This document shows positions 33,051-43,717 of a stretch of DNA of 64,000 nt, piece by piece. Location: positions 1,364,001-1,428,000 of the forward strand of contig OZ361258.1 in assembly GCA_977018835.1 (NCBI GenBank), given 5' to 3'. Numbering within the stretch: the stretch's first letter is position 1; each line of letters starts with the position of its first letter. The notes below the pieces were generated by a model that worked only from the letters and a program-made list of their open reading frames with translations, was not told the DNA's origin and searched no databases. Source of the stretch: Minutocellus sp. GHC0000111. Its lineage: Eukaryota. Made by a program: the position numbers and the translations under genes.

Positions 33051-34635
33051 GGGCAAACGAGTTGGTCCCATTTTAGGTGAGGCACTTCAGGACATTGGAG
33101 ATTTTGCTAACTTCGCTCGCGTTGTCGGACGACGGAAAGACCGACGTCCGTCCATTTTTTCTCCCGAACGAAGCTCATCATGGTGACCCCCGCTCCTGGC
33201 CGCTACACATTTGCAAGGCAAGACATGGGCATTCCCGAGGCTGGCCGATGCCATTGCGCTACGCATGCGAAAGTTTCAGCTTGATTGGCATGCTGTTGTG
33301 TGAGAAAACACAAATCAAAACAATCAACCTGTGTTCGAGCACGCGAAAAAGGGCCGCGGATGAGAAGTGACACACCGTGAGAGCCACAGCCGCCCAATCG
33401 ACCCAGAAATGCAGAGACACACGCCTGAGATGTGCATGAAAATGTTTGTTTGGTTGATTGTTGTGTTTTTGATTCGTATCCGCCCCCGAATCGGCCGCCA
33501 ATGAGAGCAAATTTTCGTGCGTCGTCATCGCTTTTTGTGCGTGATTTTTCCCCCTCGACAGCTCAGCCTGTGTGCGGAATTTTCGAGCCGGACCTTCGAT
33601 GTCCCCCCAACCAACCTTGAATGTGTCTAGCGTGGGGACGTAAGCGAGGCAGGCCGGCTCGATCAAGTCTTTTTGCCATGTTTCAGGGGGAAAAGTTGGT
33701 CCGGCAGGAAATTGCGACTTTTCCCGTACTTCGCCGCGTTGGAAACACGGACGACGGAAAGACGAATGTCCAGTTTTTGGGTCGAGCGGCTCACCTAAAG
33801 CTCTGGACCAACTCAAACTGATCGCGGAGACGATGATGCCAGGCGTTGGATGCATGTACCAGATAGACAGCATGATAAAACACATGCTCCTAGTTATGTT
33901 TTGAAGCAAGATGCGCAACAATCAGCCACTATTCTCGCGCGGCGAAGCATGGGAAAACGCGAAATTCGCCGTCCGGCCGACGTTTGCCCCCAAGAATCTC
34001 TGGAATGAATGGGAGAATCGAGAATTCTGAGCAAATGCCACACATCTAGACACCCTGTAGAAATGTGGCATCGAAGGCGCAGCTCAAAAATTCCAAGCAC
34101 AACATGTGTTTGGTGGGGGCAAAGTTTCGCGAGAAAAACGACGACGCCGGACGAAATTTTTTCTCTCATTGGCGGCCGATTCCGGGGCGGATACGAATCA
34201 AAAACACAACAATCAACCAAACAAACATTTTCATGCACATCTCAGGCGTGTGTCTCTGCAATTCTGGGTCGATTGGGCGACTGTGGCTCTCTTGGTATCA
34301 CTTCTTATCCGCGGCCCTTTTTCGCGTACTCAAACACAGGTTGATTGTTTTGAATTATATTTTCTCATACAACAACAGTCCAATGAAGCTGAAACTTTCG
34401 CATGAGTAGCGCAGTGGTATCGGCCAGCCTCGAGAATGCCCATATCTTACCTTGCAAATGTGTAGCGGTCAGGAGCGGGGGTCACCATGGTGAGCTTCGT
34501 TCGGGAGAAAAAATGGATGAACGACGGTCTTTCCGTCGTCCGTCGAGGGCCCGACAACGCGAGCGAAGTTAGCAAAATCTCCAATGTCCTGAAGTGCCTC
34601 ACCTAAAATGGGACCAACTCACAACACGTTTGCCC
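33051..34635. mobile_element. Foldback / long-TIR element (~690-bp arms, ~195-bp spacer)
   Basis: 33051-~33740 is the reverse complement of ~33935-34635 (e.g. GTTGGTCCCATTTTAGGTGAGGCACTTCAGGACATTGGAG and its inverse); the mirrored ORFs 33432+ and 33894- both begin MHENVCLVDCCVFDSYPP. Confidence 0.92.
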
Positions 34636-34667
34636 GTCCGCTACGTGTAGATCTAGTTGTGCCAACG

Positions 34668-35100
34668 ATGGCGAGACCTCCTCGTTCTCGACGTGGTCGT
34701 ACCTCATTTGCTCGTGATAGACGAAATGATCGATTCTCTCATCTTGCAACGCTTGTAATCGTTGTTCTTGATGTGAGGAAGAAATGGAACATCTCGGTTC
34801 GAAACTTGGTTGTAAAAACGTGCCAAGAGTTCGGAAAAGCGTTGAGAAGATGATTCTCGAGCTCGGCATCAGCGCAAGAAAGGCATTGCGAATGGACCCC
34901 CATGTCTTCTACCAACTCCATGATGTTCTCGAGGCTGACGTTGCTGCAAAGTTCAGTTCTCGAAAGAGGCTGGCTGGCGACACCACTGAGGGGGGGTCAA
35001 CTCGCTCCCCCAACGGTTTGGTGTCAACCAAGCTTCGGCTAAGTTGCGCCATGCGACACTTCGCCGGCGCGGCCGTGCACGATCTCATCCTCACTCACGG
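34668..35100 (+). pseudogene. PIF/Harbinger transposase N-terminal fragment
   Basis: RKALRMDPHVFYQLHDVL...PNGLVSTKLRLSCAMRHFAGAAVHDLILTHG matches the HARBI1-like FRM...F..L / RL..LRYFAG...D motifs; truncated before the DDE core. Confidence 0.8.
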
Positions 35101-36346
35101 CGGTCGAGGTGATGGGGGCCTGGGCGGCAAGCAACAGTGCTTTGTGGGGCACGATGAAGAAGCGGCAGATGTTCGTTCGTTCTCAGTGAGGGCAGAAGCA
35201 GAGCACACGCTGCATCGATCGGACAGGTTCAAACTTGTTGACTGAACAGTTGAATGAAAGGATGGTCAAACCATCCTCGTCGGCATCGGATGCGGCGGTA
35301 GCACCGCCCGCTGCTGCGGAAGCGGAAGCGGCGGCCGCCTCTGACGCCTCTGTCCCCGCGCGTGTGTTTGCCATGATGACGGCGGCGGCCTCTGGCAGCA
35401 GACACACGCACAAGACACGGTGCACAGAAGGCCGGGCAAGGACACAAAGCCAGATGCGGGATGGGCCTGAAATAAATGGCTCAAAATTGTGAAGGAGAGC
35501 GTGATGGGCGGACTCCGATCGACACCGCCCATTTTCACTGTGGAAAGAGGAGAGAGCTTGGCTGGCTCTTTCTCCGCCCCTCTCACAAAGACGTTTGTCG
35601 ACCTTGGAGCGAACGGCATTTCATCGAAGACCTCCGGGTGCTTTTGGAAAAACATCGAAGTTGATCAACGTCTTGAAGTACACAAAACCATTACCTACTT
35701 GCCTCAAATTCGCACTTCCCCCAAAAACTCTCTTGTTTGGACCGCCTCTAAAACAGAAAAGAGACGAAAAGAATGGACCAACACCCAGAGTAGAGTACCC
35801 CTTGCGCGATATGTTTCGTGGTGTTGTCAAGATTAGAAGATGTGCTCGAAATCGGCGATCGGGCGCGAGCAATCGAAAAGCAAACATGCTCCGCCTGCTA
35901 CCAAAAGCAAGCAAGGGTCTGGCGACAAGGCAAGACCAGCAAACGCATAGCTCTAGCTAGTACAGCTGTGCCGAGGGGCAGGAGAAAGAGTACACGTGAG
36001 AGCTTGAAGGGCCCTCGCGTGTGCACCATTGCTGTCCATCTTTGCACATACAACAGAACAATTTTTTGGCTGGCCGAAATATTTTTTTCGATTGCGCCAT
36101 CGATCAGTCGGCGCCCATAATACAAAAGCCAAAGAAAGGACGCGCGCCAGAAATTTTCGTCTCTTTGGCCATTGTTTGCTTCGTGCGTCTGGTCTCTAAC
36201 GGGGCGGGCAATATTTGAAGTCGATTCGCGTCATTCTTGAACCCAGATCCTGTTTGGTTCGTGCCAGGAACGAATTGTAGCAATCGGTTTTGGAAAGAGA
36301 TATTATTCATCGCCTGGATTGGTTGCGCTGCCCGCCAATTGCAACT

Positions 36347-39300
36347 ATGGGAAACGCTGAGTCATCGACGCTGCGACACGATCGTCGCGACGATCGTCGA
36401 ACTCCTCACTCAAGGGGCGGCGACGACTCCACCTTTTTCTCCTACGGGCGGGATTCGACGACGATCGGTCCCAATGCATCTCACGTCACCAGCAAGACTG
36501 ACCTGACCCTGACGAGAGATGGAAAGCGGGAAGACGACTCCACGTTCTTCTCCTATGGTCGGGCAGAGTCATCCATCTTCCCCATCGAATCTCAATGGAC
36601 GCACAAGACCGATTTTACTCTGACCAGAGATACATGTGCCGACCCCGCGGTCAACAGCTCGAACAATACCCACACGACGGCGTCCACGTCGTCTCAAAGC
36701 ATCGCCGATCAGTCGATTGCCATGATGAACAAGCTCGTTTCGGGCGGCGCCGCACTCTGTGGCTCTCTCAATCAGGTCAATGACGACGATGATGATGACG
36801 GCGATGCGACCAACCAGCAGGGCATGTTCGCCAGGGCCGAACGATTTGTCAACTGCAACAAGAATTTTGCCAAATCCTCCCCGATGGAGGAGGATTACGA
36901 TGCCCGGGCGAGACAAAGGCGCGATGGGAACTTTTTGGGGCCGGGGGAGGATTCGGACGATGAGGTGGATGAGGACGACGATTACAGTGCTCGTATTCGT
37001 GCCCACAATCAGAGCAACAGCCTCAATGAATCGTCGGCGGCGACCACGGTGGGCCGGCTATTTGCTCGTGCCATGGCTTCGGAGATTGTGAGCAAACCTC
37101 AGGGAATGAAGATGGACAATGAAACTAGCAGTACGAAGAAGGCCAAGGGAAGAGACACTGATGAAGATGAACGTATGTCCGAGGCCGCCGGCGATGGAGT
37201 GGGAGTAGATGCTGACAGGGCTCTTCGTGCTATCAAAAAGTTTGCAATGAATTCCGGCGGTGCTGGCGGTGCCGATGCACCATCGGATGATACGAGCAAG
37301 GGCCCTAGCCCTGTAAATGGAGACAGTGGTATTGCTGGTTCTTCTATTGGCGGTGGCATCACCCAGCAAAGGGCCGGCCCTCATACGATTACCATTGGCT
37401 TGAGTCTGTCTCGCAAACACAGCGTCGTGGGACATCCAGATACCGTCACGAGGCAGACTGCATTCGATTTCAACGAGCTTCAGGATCGCAACTATAAGTA
37501 TGTGTCCTCAACAGATCCCAGCGGGTGGCTGGCAGGAGGTGGTGAATCGCCGAATGGGCCAATGCCGGACGTAACTCAGTCTATCGATGCAGGTGGCGAT
37601 GACGATGCTCCTACTAACTTTGTCGAGAACATGAATTCACTCGGCAAGACTGCTGATGATATCCCTAAGAAGATCGCTGCGCCGGACACGGTCCACATTC
37701 CCATTTTGCACATTGATTGTCCTAGTGAGAAGGCAGTTAAGCAGGTGATCAAATCGTTGGCCAATGGCGAGCTCATCATCCCTCATATGAGTGTACTTCC
37801 GGAGTCCTTGAGCGCCAGTGGTGATAGTCCTCCGGATCTCGTCGTTCGGTTTGGATGTGAGCGCAACGACGACCTTCCGTCTGATGAATGGCCAAATTGG
37901 AGCCTTGAATTTATGCATAACCAGCTCTACGAGTATTTTGAGCCTCTCGGTGCTAGATGGGAACCCCGTCCATTCGAGGTCGTTCTTGCGAGGAGGGTCA
38001 AATGGCGCACGGTTAAGCACATGAACAAGTACTTCGCTCACTGTGAGCGCGTCATCGATGAGTGGAGAGAGAACGGCCCCCAGTATCTATTTCCCCAACG
38101 AAACTACCTTGAGGGGGACGGTGCTGCGTCCGAAGAGGTGTCCCATCCGCATGGTATTTACATTTGGCGTGGTGACGATCCTGCCCCGTCCAATTACTTC
38201 CCGCCAAACTTTGAGCCTCCCTACAACACCAGCATGAAGCGTGCTCTTCTATCGAATCTGGTCAATAAGAGCTGGGATAAAAAGAAGAGAGATTGGTTAT
38301 CAGAGCCCATTCCCAAATCTATGACCCCCGCCCGTCTCATCGGTACTATGTGCGGATGTAGTGACAACCCCAACAATCGATTCTCAGGATTAGATGGATC
38401 CGGCCCGGCTCTTAGCCCTGCAGCGCAGTCCTACCACCCCACCGAGCACGATGCCTTATTTGAATCGAATAGCCTCACCGACTTCGATCAGACTGGTGAG
38501 TATTCCGAGTTTGAGAGCCTTCGGCAAGCCCAGAAAGAGGAGCAGAAACCTCCCGCCATTGGGGCTACTGTCACTACTAGCATAGCACTGGCGAACGATT
38601 CAATCGCCTCTGGGACGGCGTTTGGTGTCAATGATTCCTCGTTGACCAATCCAAGTGGCATATCCGCCATTCCTATCAATGCCGAGGACAATAACGGAGA
38701 CATTCTAGATGTTTCTACCGAGTTCCCTGGAGCCGGGGGCTCAGTCATGTCGAGGTCGAGTAGTGCTTCGAATACAAAGACTCCCGTGACGATGACTACC
38801 ACCGATGAAATCTTCTTCCCACCAACTGATGCATTCATCGAAGAGCATCATCGGCGGAATCAGCAGCAACAGCGAGATTCTTCCCCGGCTCAAGACAAGG
38901 AGCTTACTCTTCAACGTACACCCAACGAGGACGTTGATGTGTCGAGGAGTGAAATTGAAAGAAAAAGAAGAGCGAAGAAGATGAAGAAGCAACGTGAGCA
39001 ACGAAAGGACCATACCATCGCCGATATTGTCCAAAAGCAACATGAGGCAGAATCAACTCCAAAGGCCATTAGTACCCAGAGTAAGGAGTCATCGGGAACG
39101 CCATGCGAGAGCAACGAAGTACGAAGCAAGGCAACAAATAGCAAGGCATCAATCGGAGAGTCTCAGACAACTGTTCCCATCAGCAACAAATCCAAAATTC
39201 TCGAAACCCAGCGGAAGCACCGCGAGAAGAGGGAAATCGAACGAAGAGAAGAGATGAACAAGGTTGAGGTTATGGAGAAAAAGTTGCAGGCAAAACGAGA

Positions 39301-39847
39301 CAAAGCGATGCAAGAGGAGAGGGCACGCCTGCAGAAGCAACAAGCCGAAGCGGCGGAGGATAGAAAGATGATGTCAAGGCGCCGCCAGGGAAGTACCAGT
39401 AGAAGCGATTCCGTCGTCCTCAGCGAGGAGGAGGAGCGCAACTGTCTCATCAAGGAGGCACAGGAGGAATCGAGAAAAGCACGGGCTCTGCTTTCCGGCT
39501 CGACCGAAAACAACAACGCTGATAACAGTGGCAAGAAGCATTCCCAGGATATTCCGAAGAGCCCGAGCGGTGAGACTTTGGAATACTCTGTAGATTCTTC
39601 TTCCGTCGTCCTTCGTGAGAAGGGCAATGCAACAAACAAGTTTGGTGGAAGTGACTTCTCTACATCGACCACCGGCTCGTCGCTTCTCCCCCTAGACCAT
39701 ACAGTCCCGACCGACGAAGAACTATTTGCCTTTGGTTGGGCCAAAGCTCTTGATCCAAAGACGGGCGCTTACTATTACTTCACACTTGATCGAACTCAGA
39801 CGGTGTGGATCAATCCTTTGACGAATAGAGACCTCGTCCTCCAATAG
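36347..39847 (+). CDS. Large putatively N-myristoylated protein with a central globular domain, coiled coil and C-terminal WW domain
   Basis: MGNAES start (MGxxxS); GWAKALDPKTGAYYYFTLDRTQTVWINP WW domain. Confidence 0.85.
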   Translation: MGNAESSTLRHDRRDDRRTPHSRGGDDSTFFSYGRDSTTIGPNASHVTSKTDLTLTRDGKREDDSTFFSYGRAESSIFPIESQWTHKTDFTLTRDTCADPAVNSSNNTHTTASTSSQSIADQSIAMMNKLVSGGAALCGSLNQVNDDDDDDGDATNQQGMFARAERFVNCNKNFAKSSPMEEDYDARARQRRDGNFLGPGEDSDDEVDEDDDYSARIRAHNQSNSLNESSAATTVGRLFARAMASEIVSKPQGMKMDNETSSTKKAKGRDTDEDERMSEAAGDGVGVDADRALRAIKKFAMNSGGAGGADAPSDDTSKGPSPVNGDSGIAGSSIGGGITQQRAGPHTITIGLSLSRKHSVVGHPDTVTRQTAFDFNELQDRNYKYVSSTDPSGWLAGGGESPNGPMPDVTQSIDAGGDDDAPTNFVENMNSLGKTADDIPKKIAAPDTVHIPILHIDCPSEKAVKQVIKSLANGELIIPHMSVLPESLSASGDSPPDLVVRFGCERNDDLPSDEWPNWSLEFMHNQLYEYFEPLGARWEPRPFEVVLARRVKWRTVKHMNKYFAHCERVIDEWRENGPQYLFPQRNYLEGDGAASEEVSHPHGIYIWRGDDPAPSNYFPPNFEPPYNTSMKRALLSNLVNKSWDKKKRDWLSEPIPKSMTPARLIGTMCGCSDNPNNRFSGLDGSGPALSPAAQSYHPTEHDALFESNSLTDFDQTGEYSEFESLRQAQKEEQKPPAIGATVTTSIALANDSIASGTAFGVNDSSLTNPSGISAIPINAEDNNGDILDVSTEFPGAGGSVMSRSSSASNTKTPVTMTTTDEIFFPPTDAFIEEHHRRNQQQQRDSSPAQDKELTLQRTPNEDVDVSRSEIERKRRAKKMKKQREQRKDHTIADIVQKQHEAESTPKAISTQSKESSGTPCESNEVRSKATNSKASIGESQTTVPISNKSKILETQRKHREKREIERREEMNKVEVMEKKLQAKRDKAMQEERARLQKQQAEAAEDRKMMSRRRQGSTSRSDSVVLSEEEERNCLIKEAQEESRKARALLSGSTENNNADNSGKKHSQDIPKSPSGETLEYSVDSSSVVLREKGNATNKFGGSDFSTSTTGSSLLPLDHTVPTDEELFAFGWAKALDPKTGAYYYFTLDRTQTVWINPLTNRDLVLQ

Positions 39848-40049
39848 ACATTAGATCCCAGTTTTAATTTGGCAGCACCCTATGGAAAGAGATAGCCTGT
39901 AGATAGAGGGCATATAGAATCAGAACCTGAGTCGAAATGTAAAAACGATATATATGTAACATGATTTTTTTCTATTGAGTAGATTTTATTTGTATTGTGT
40001 CTTGTAACATTAGGATAAGGAAGTCAAATATCCCCAGTTATCTTCCTTT

Positions 40050-42998
40050 TCACCCTCTCTTGGAATATGTGGAGTCGTTGCGCTCCTCCCTTTCGATGTT
40101 GATACCATAGCGAGATGCGTATCCACTCTGGCGATGGTCCGCAACGCGAATAAGTTGGTTCTTCATACCGGCACGCATTCCACAGAATTCCCCACCATCC
40201 ATGGCAGTGCCCGCAGACTTTTGGGTGTACTCATCTAGGCTGAAAGAATTGGGCGACGAAGGCTCGTTGTGACGGCCACCGTATCCGCCGCCCCGACTTC
40301 CAGCAGAACGACTTCTCGAAGCACTTCGGCTGCGACTGCGACTGCGATCGGCGCTTGATCTAGATTCGCCGGTTCGAGATGTCATGGCACGAGATCCTTC
40401 AAAGGTGTTGTCGTCTTCCCTCCAACTGCCGGGGGCAAACTTGACATGAGGAGAGCGGTCCTCGTTGCTTCGATAGCTCCTGGGGTTGCTTCGGGAGTAG
40501 GAAGATCTCGAAGTAGAACTCTTCTTGTCATGGGCCCTTCTCTCGCTACGGTATGTAGAAGAATCACGAGTATCACGGGTGGCGCGGCTCGGCGCAACGC
40601 TGCTAGCTTGCTCGGCACGATCGTCAAGGATGCGGAGGAGATTGCCATCGGGGTTTGTCCGCTCATCCTCATCTTCATCGTTTGAAGTATCAACTCTGAG
40701 GTTGGGACGACCTCTCCTGGTGCTTCTTCCAGTACTGGGTCTAGGCTCGTGATCTGCCAAGGAGGCAGGGTTGGTCATGGCAGAAGTCTCATCGGAGAAA
40801 TGACTGGCCTCATCATCGGAAGGTGAGGCTGGCCGGCGAGAAGCCGAGCGGGATCGCTCAATGACTGTGGAGGGAAGAGTGTTTCTCCCGCGTGAACCCG
40901 ATGCCGTTGATCTTTGGCTGCTTTCGCGCTTCTTGCTGCCGAGGGTAGCTTGAGTAGTGGACGATTTCTTCGCCGCCGAGGCTCTTGATGCAACTGACTG
41001 TGAGGTCATGCGATAGGATGACACACCGAGGACAGCTGCCGACCCCTTTGCAGCAATATTCTCAGCATGCATTCTGCGTTCGCGTTCCAAGGCCGAGGCG
41101 CGAACCTCGCGAAAGTCCTTTCGGAACTGCTCAACCACCTCTAGCCCAGTTCTTCTTTCCTGGGCGGCCTCTTCGACAAGCTCGGCCTCCTTCGCGCGAG
41201 ATTCCTCCGCGATTTGCTCGGCCTCGGCAAAGGCCTTCTCGAGGACCTCCTTCTGCTTCTGGATGGCCGACATCATGGCGTCTCGTTCGATGCGCATCGA
41301 CTCCAGCAGGTCTGCCTCATACCGGACGGCCGAATCAACCATCCGATCGTGCTCGGCATTGAGCGTCGACTGCCCACTGAGGACGTTGGACAGCTGCTTG
41401 TTCAGCTCCCCGACGCGGCCCTGCAGGGTCAGGTTCTTGGCGGTCAGCTCGTCGATGGTCTTGCGCAGCTGGACGCATTCGGTCTGCGCATCGTCCCGAT
41501 CGTGCAGCAGCTGCCGCCGCTCCTTGTCGAACTCGGCCTTGATCTTGTTGGTCTGCGCCTCGAGCTCGTCGACGGCCGTGTTGAGATACTCCTTGTTGGT
41601 GAAGCGCGATCGGAGCTTCTCCTCCATGGCATCGGCCATGGCCCGGCTGGTACTGGCCTCCGACCGGAGATTGGCAATCTCCTCGATCTGCGATTCGCGC
41701 TCCTTCTCGAACGATCGTTGCAGGTCGGCCAAGACGGCATCGTGCTCGTCCACCTGAGCACCGAGGGTGGCATTCTTCTCGAGCAAATCGTCGCGCTCTG
41801 CCTTGATCCGATCGACCTCGGTGTCGTGCGTCTTGATCTGCTCCCTGAGGGCCTTGATTTGGTTCTCCAGGTCCATCCGCACCTCGTGCTCCTCCTTGTT
41901 GATGGTGGCGACGTTGTCGGTCTGCTGCCGGATGGTGGCCACCTCCTCTTCGAGACGAAGGATGGTCAGCTGGTTGGCCTTGCGTTCCTTGTCGGATTCG
42001 GCCCGGATGGTGGCCACCTCCCGCACGGCATCCTCCCTGGCGGCCGTGATGAGGGTCGAGGTGGTGAGCTGGGCCCGTCGCATGGCCCGCACAGCGGCAT
42101 CGTATCTGGCACCGGATGCAATGGTACTCTTCTCGTGAAGAATGTCGGGCGGAGTGCGGCCGTACTTGTCCTTGGCCTCGACGGCACGGGGGTTGGCCAG
42201 CAGCAGGAGGTTGAGGACGGTCTCGTTGGGCAGGCCCGATTCGGCATTGGCAATGGCAAGGTGGAGGGGGAGCATGCCCTGATCGTCGGGACTGGCGGCG
42301 GCCTCGGGATGCGCATCGAGGAGGGCATCGATGAGTTCCTCGACCTGGTGCTGCTGGGCGGCCAGCTCCTCGGCCGACTTGCCCTCGTCGCCGGCCTTGC
42401 CCTGGGCGTTGCTGCTACCGCTCTGCATGCACACGAGGTGGAGGGGCAGATGACGCCACAGGATGCGGCCGTCGCCGGAATGCCGGCTGGCGATCCAGGT
42501 GGAGCATTCGTCGGGGTGGGACAGAACGCGGGCCTTGGCGCCGTCCCACCGCCGGTAGTTGATCCAACGGAACAATTCGGTCGGGTTGAGGTAGTAGTCG
42601 ACCTCCTTCTCGGCGGGGGCGGCGGGACTGGTGGTGTTTGTGGGAGGCGTCGATTCGTCTTGTGCAGTAGTAGCAGCTGCACCCGCAGGCGAGGGAGGAG
42701 ACGGCGGCGATGAAGACATTGGGACAGGCTCAACGCCGGCCGCACCATATTGGTTGTAGTGCGAGGCCGACGCCGATACAGATGCCGATGGTGCCGATGA
42801 CTGCTGCTGCTGGCTCTGGACGAGGCTGCTCACGTTGCTGGCGTTCATGTTGATGTGAAGGCTGCTGCTACCAGCGCCGGTGCCGCCGCCCGTCATACTG
42901 GACGAGGGTGGCTGGTGGTGATAATGATCATGCGGCGCACCATGATGAGGATGGGGATGCGGCTGCTGCTGATGATACGGTTCGTATTGATGAGACAT
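40050..42998 (-). CDS. Ankyrin-repeat plus long coiled-coil protein
   Basis: LPLHLVC, DDQGMLPLHLAI, KDKYGRTP, then ~330 aa of heptads and an RS-rich tail. Confidence 0.85.
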   Translation of the reverse strand: MSHQYEPYHQQQPHPHPHHGAPHDHYHHQPPSSSMTGGGTGAGSSSLHINMNASNVSSLVQSQQQQSSAPSASVSASASHYNQYGAAGVEPVPMSSSPPSPPSPAGAAATTAQDESTPPTNTTSPAAPAEKEVDYYLNPTELFRWINYRRWDGAKARVLSHPDECSTWIASRHSGDGRILWRHLPLHLVCMQSGSSNAQGKAGDEGKSAEELAAQQHQVEELIDALLDAHPEAAASPDDQGMLPLHLAIANAESGLPNETVLNLLLLANPRAVEAKDKYGRTPPDILHEKSTIASGARYDAAVRAMRRAQLTTSTLITAAREDAVREVATIRAESDKERKANQLTILRLEEEVATIRQQTDNVATINKEEHEVRMDLENQIKALREQIKTHDTEVDRIKAERDDLLEKNATLGAQVDEHDAVLADLQRSFEKERESQIEEIANLRSEASTSRAMADAMEEKLRSRFTNKEYLNTAVDELEAQTNKIKAEFDKERRQLLHDRDDAQTECVQLRKTIDELTAKNLTLQGRVGELNKQLSNVLSGQSTLNAEHDRMVDSAVRYEADLLESMRIERDAMMSAIQKQKEVLEKAFAEAEQIAEESRAKEAELVEEAAQERRTGLEVVEQFRKDFREVRASALERERRMHAENIAAKGSAAVLGVSSYRMTSQSVASRASAAKKSSTTQATLGSKKRESSQRSTASGSRGRNTLPSTVIERSRSASRRPASPSDDEASHFSDETSAMTNPASLADHEPRPSTGRSTRRGRPNLRVDTSNDEDEDERTNPDGNLLRILDDRAEQASSVAPSRATRDTRDSSTYRSERRAHDKKSSTSRSSYSRSNPRSYRSNEDRSPHVKFAPGSWREDDNTFEGSRAMTSRTGESRSSADRSRSRSRSASRSRSAGSRGGGYGGRHNEPSSPNSFSLDEYTQKSAGTAMDGGEFCGMRAGMKNQLIRVADHRQSGYASRYGINIEREERNDSTYSKRG

Positions 42999-43717
42999 GG
43001 CTGACTATTCTTCAAAGAAGGAAGATTTGATTTGGTGGGAGAAGGTTGCTTGTTCTCTCTGTCTGCTTCGGCCAATAGAAAGAAGAATCAGTTCCAACAC
43101 TGCGTCCGAAATTGAAAATGAACTGAACTGATCGCTGGAACGAACCTGAAAGACAAAGCGCGTTCGTTGGGCGTTTGCTATTGCTCTGCACGAGTTGGCT
43201 GACTGGGCTTCCAACGCAAAGCAAGAAGTGAGGCACGGTCTTGGCAGATACCGGTGGTTTCGTCCCACATGCTTTGCTGCAAAGTGGGGCTGGCTCGACT
43301 GGCGATAAACTAAGATACTAAGATTTTCGCACCGTAAATCCCCTATATTTTATGGGTGATCCCTTTTTATAGAAGAGGGGTCAAAAGAGGGAAGCACACA
43401 ATAAAAAATAAATTTCCAGCGCAACGCATGGCTGCTCTTCATTCATTTTGCTCGTCGGAGGGTACCGCCGTTCGGACAATAGTTGGAGGGTAAAAGACCA
43501 AACGAAGCGGCTAATCCTACGGCCAAGGCGTTGCAAAGACATCCTTCGAGAGGCCTGGCGTTCAGCTGTGTGATCAGAGAGCGGCACATTTTGTTGCTTC
43601 AGGTCTCTTGTCTCTCTCGCCGCCCGGTCATTGTCATTTCCCGCATTTTTAAGTCAAGAGTGGAAACAAGTCCGGCAAGGACGACACAGTACAGTACGCC
43701 AAGCAAACCACGTCAAA

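Noticed and set aside
33259..34409. ORFs inside the foldback as genes
   Set aside because: Mirror-image short ORFs arising from the inverted repeat; no protein motifs
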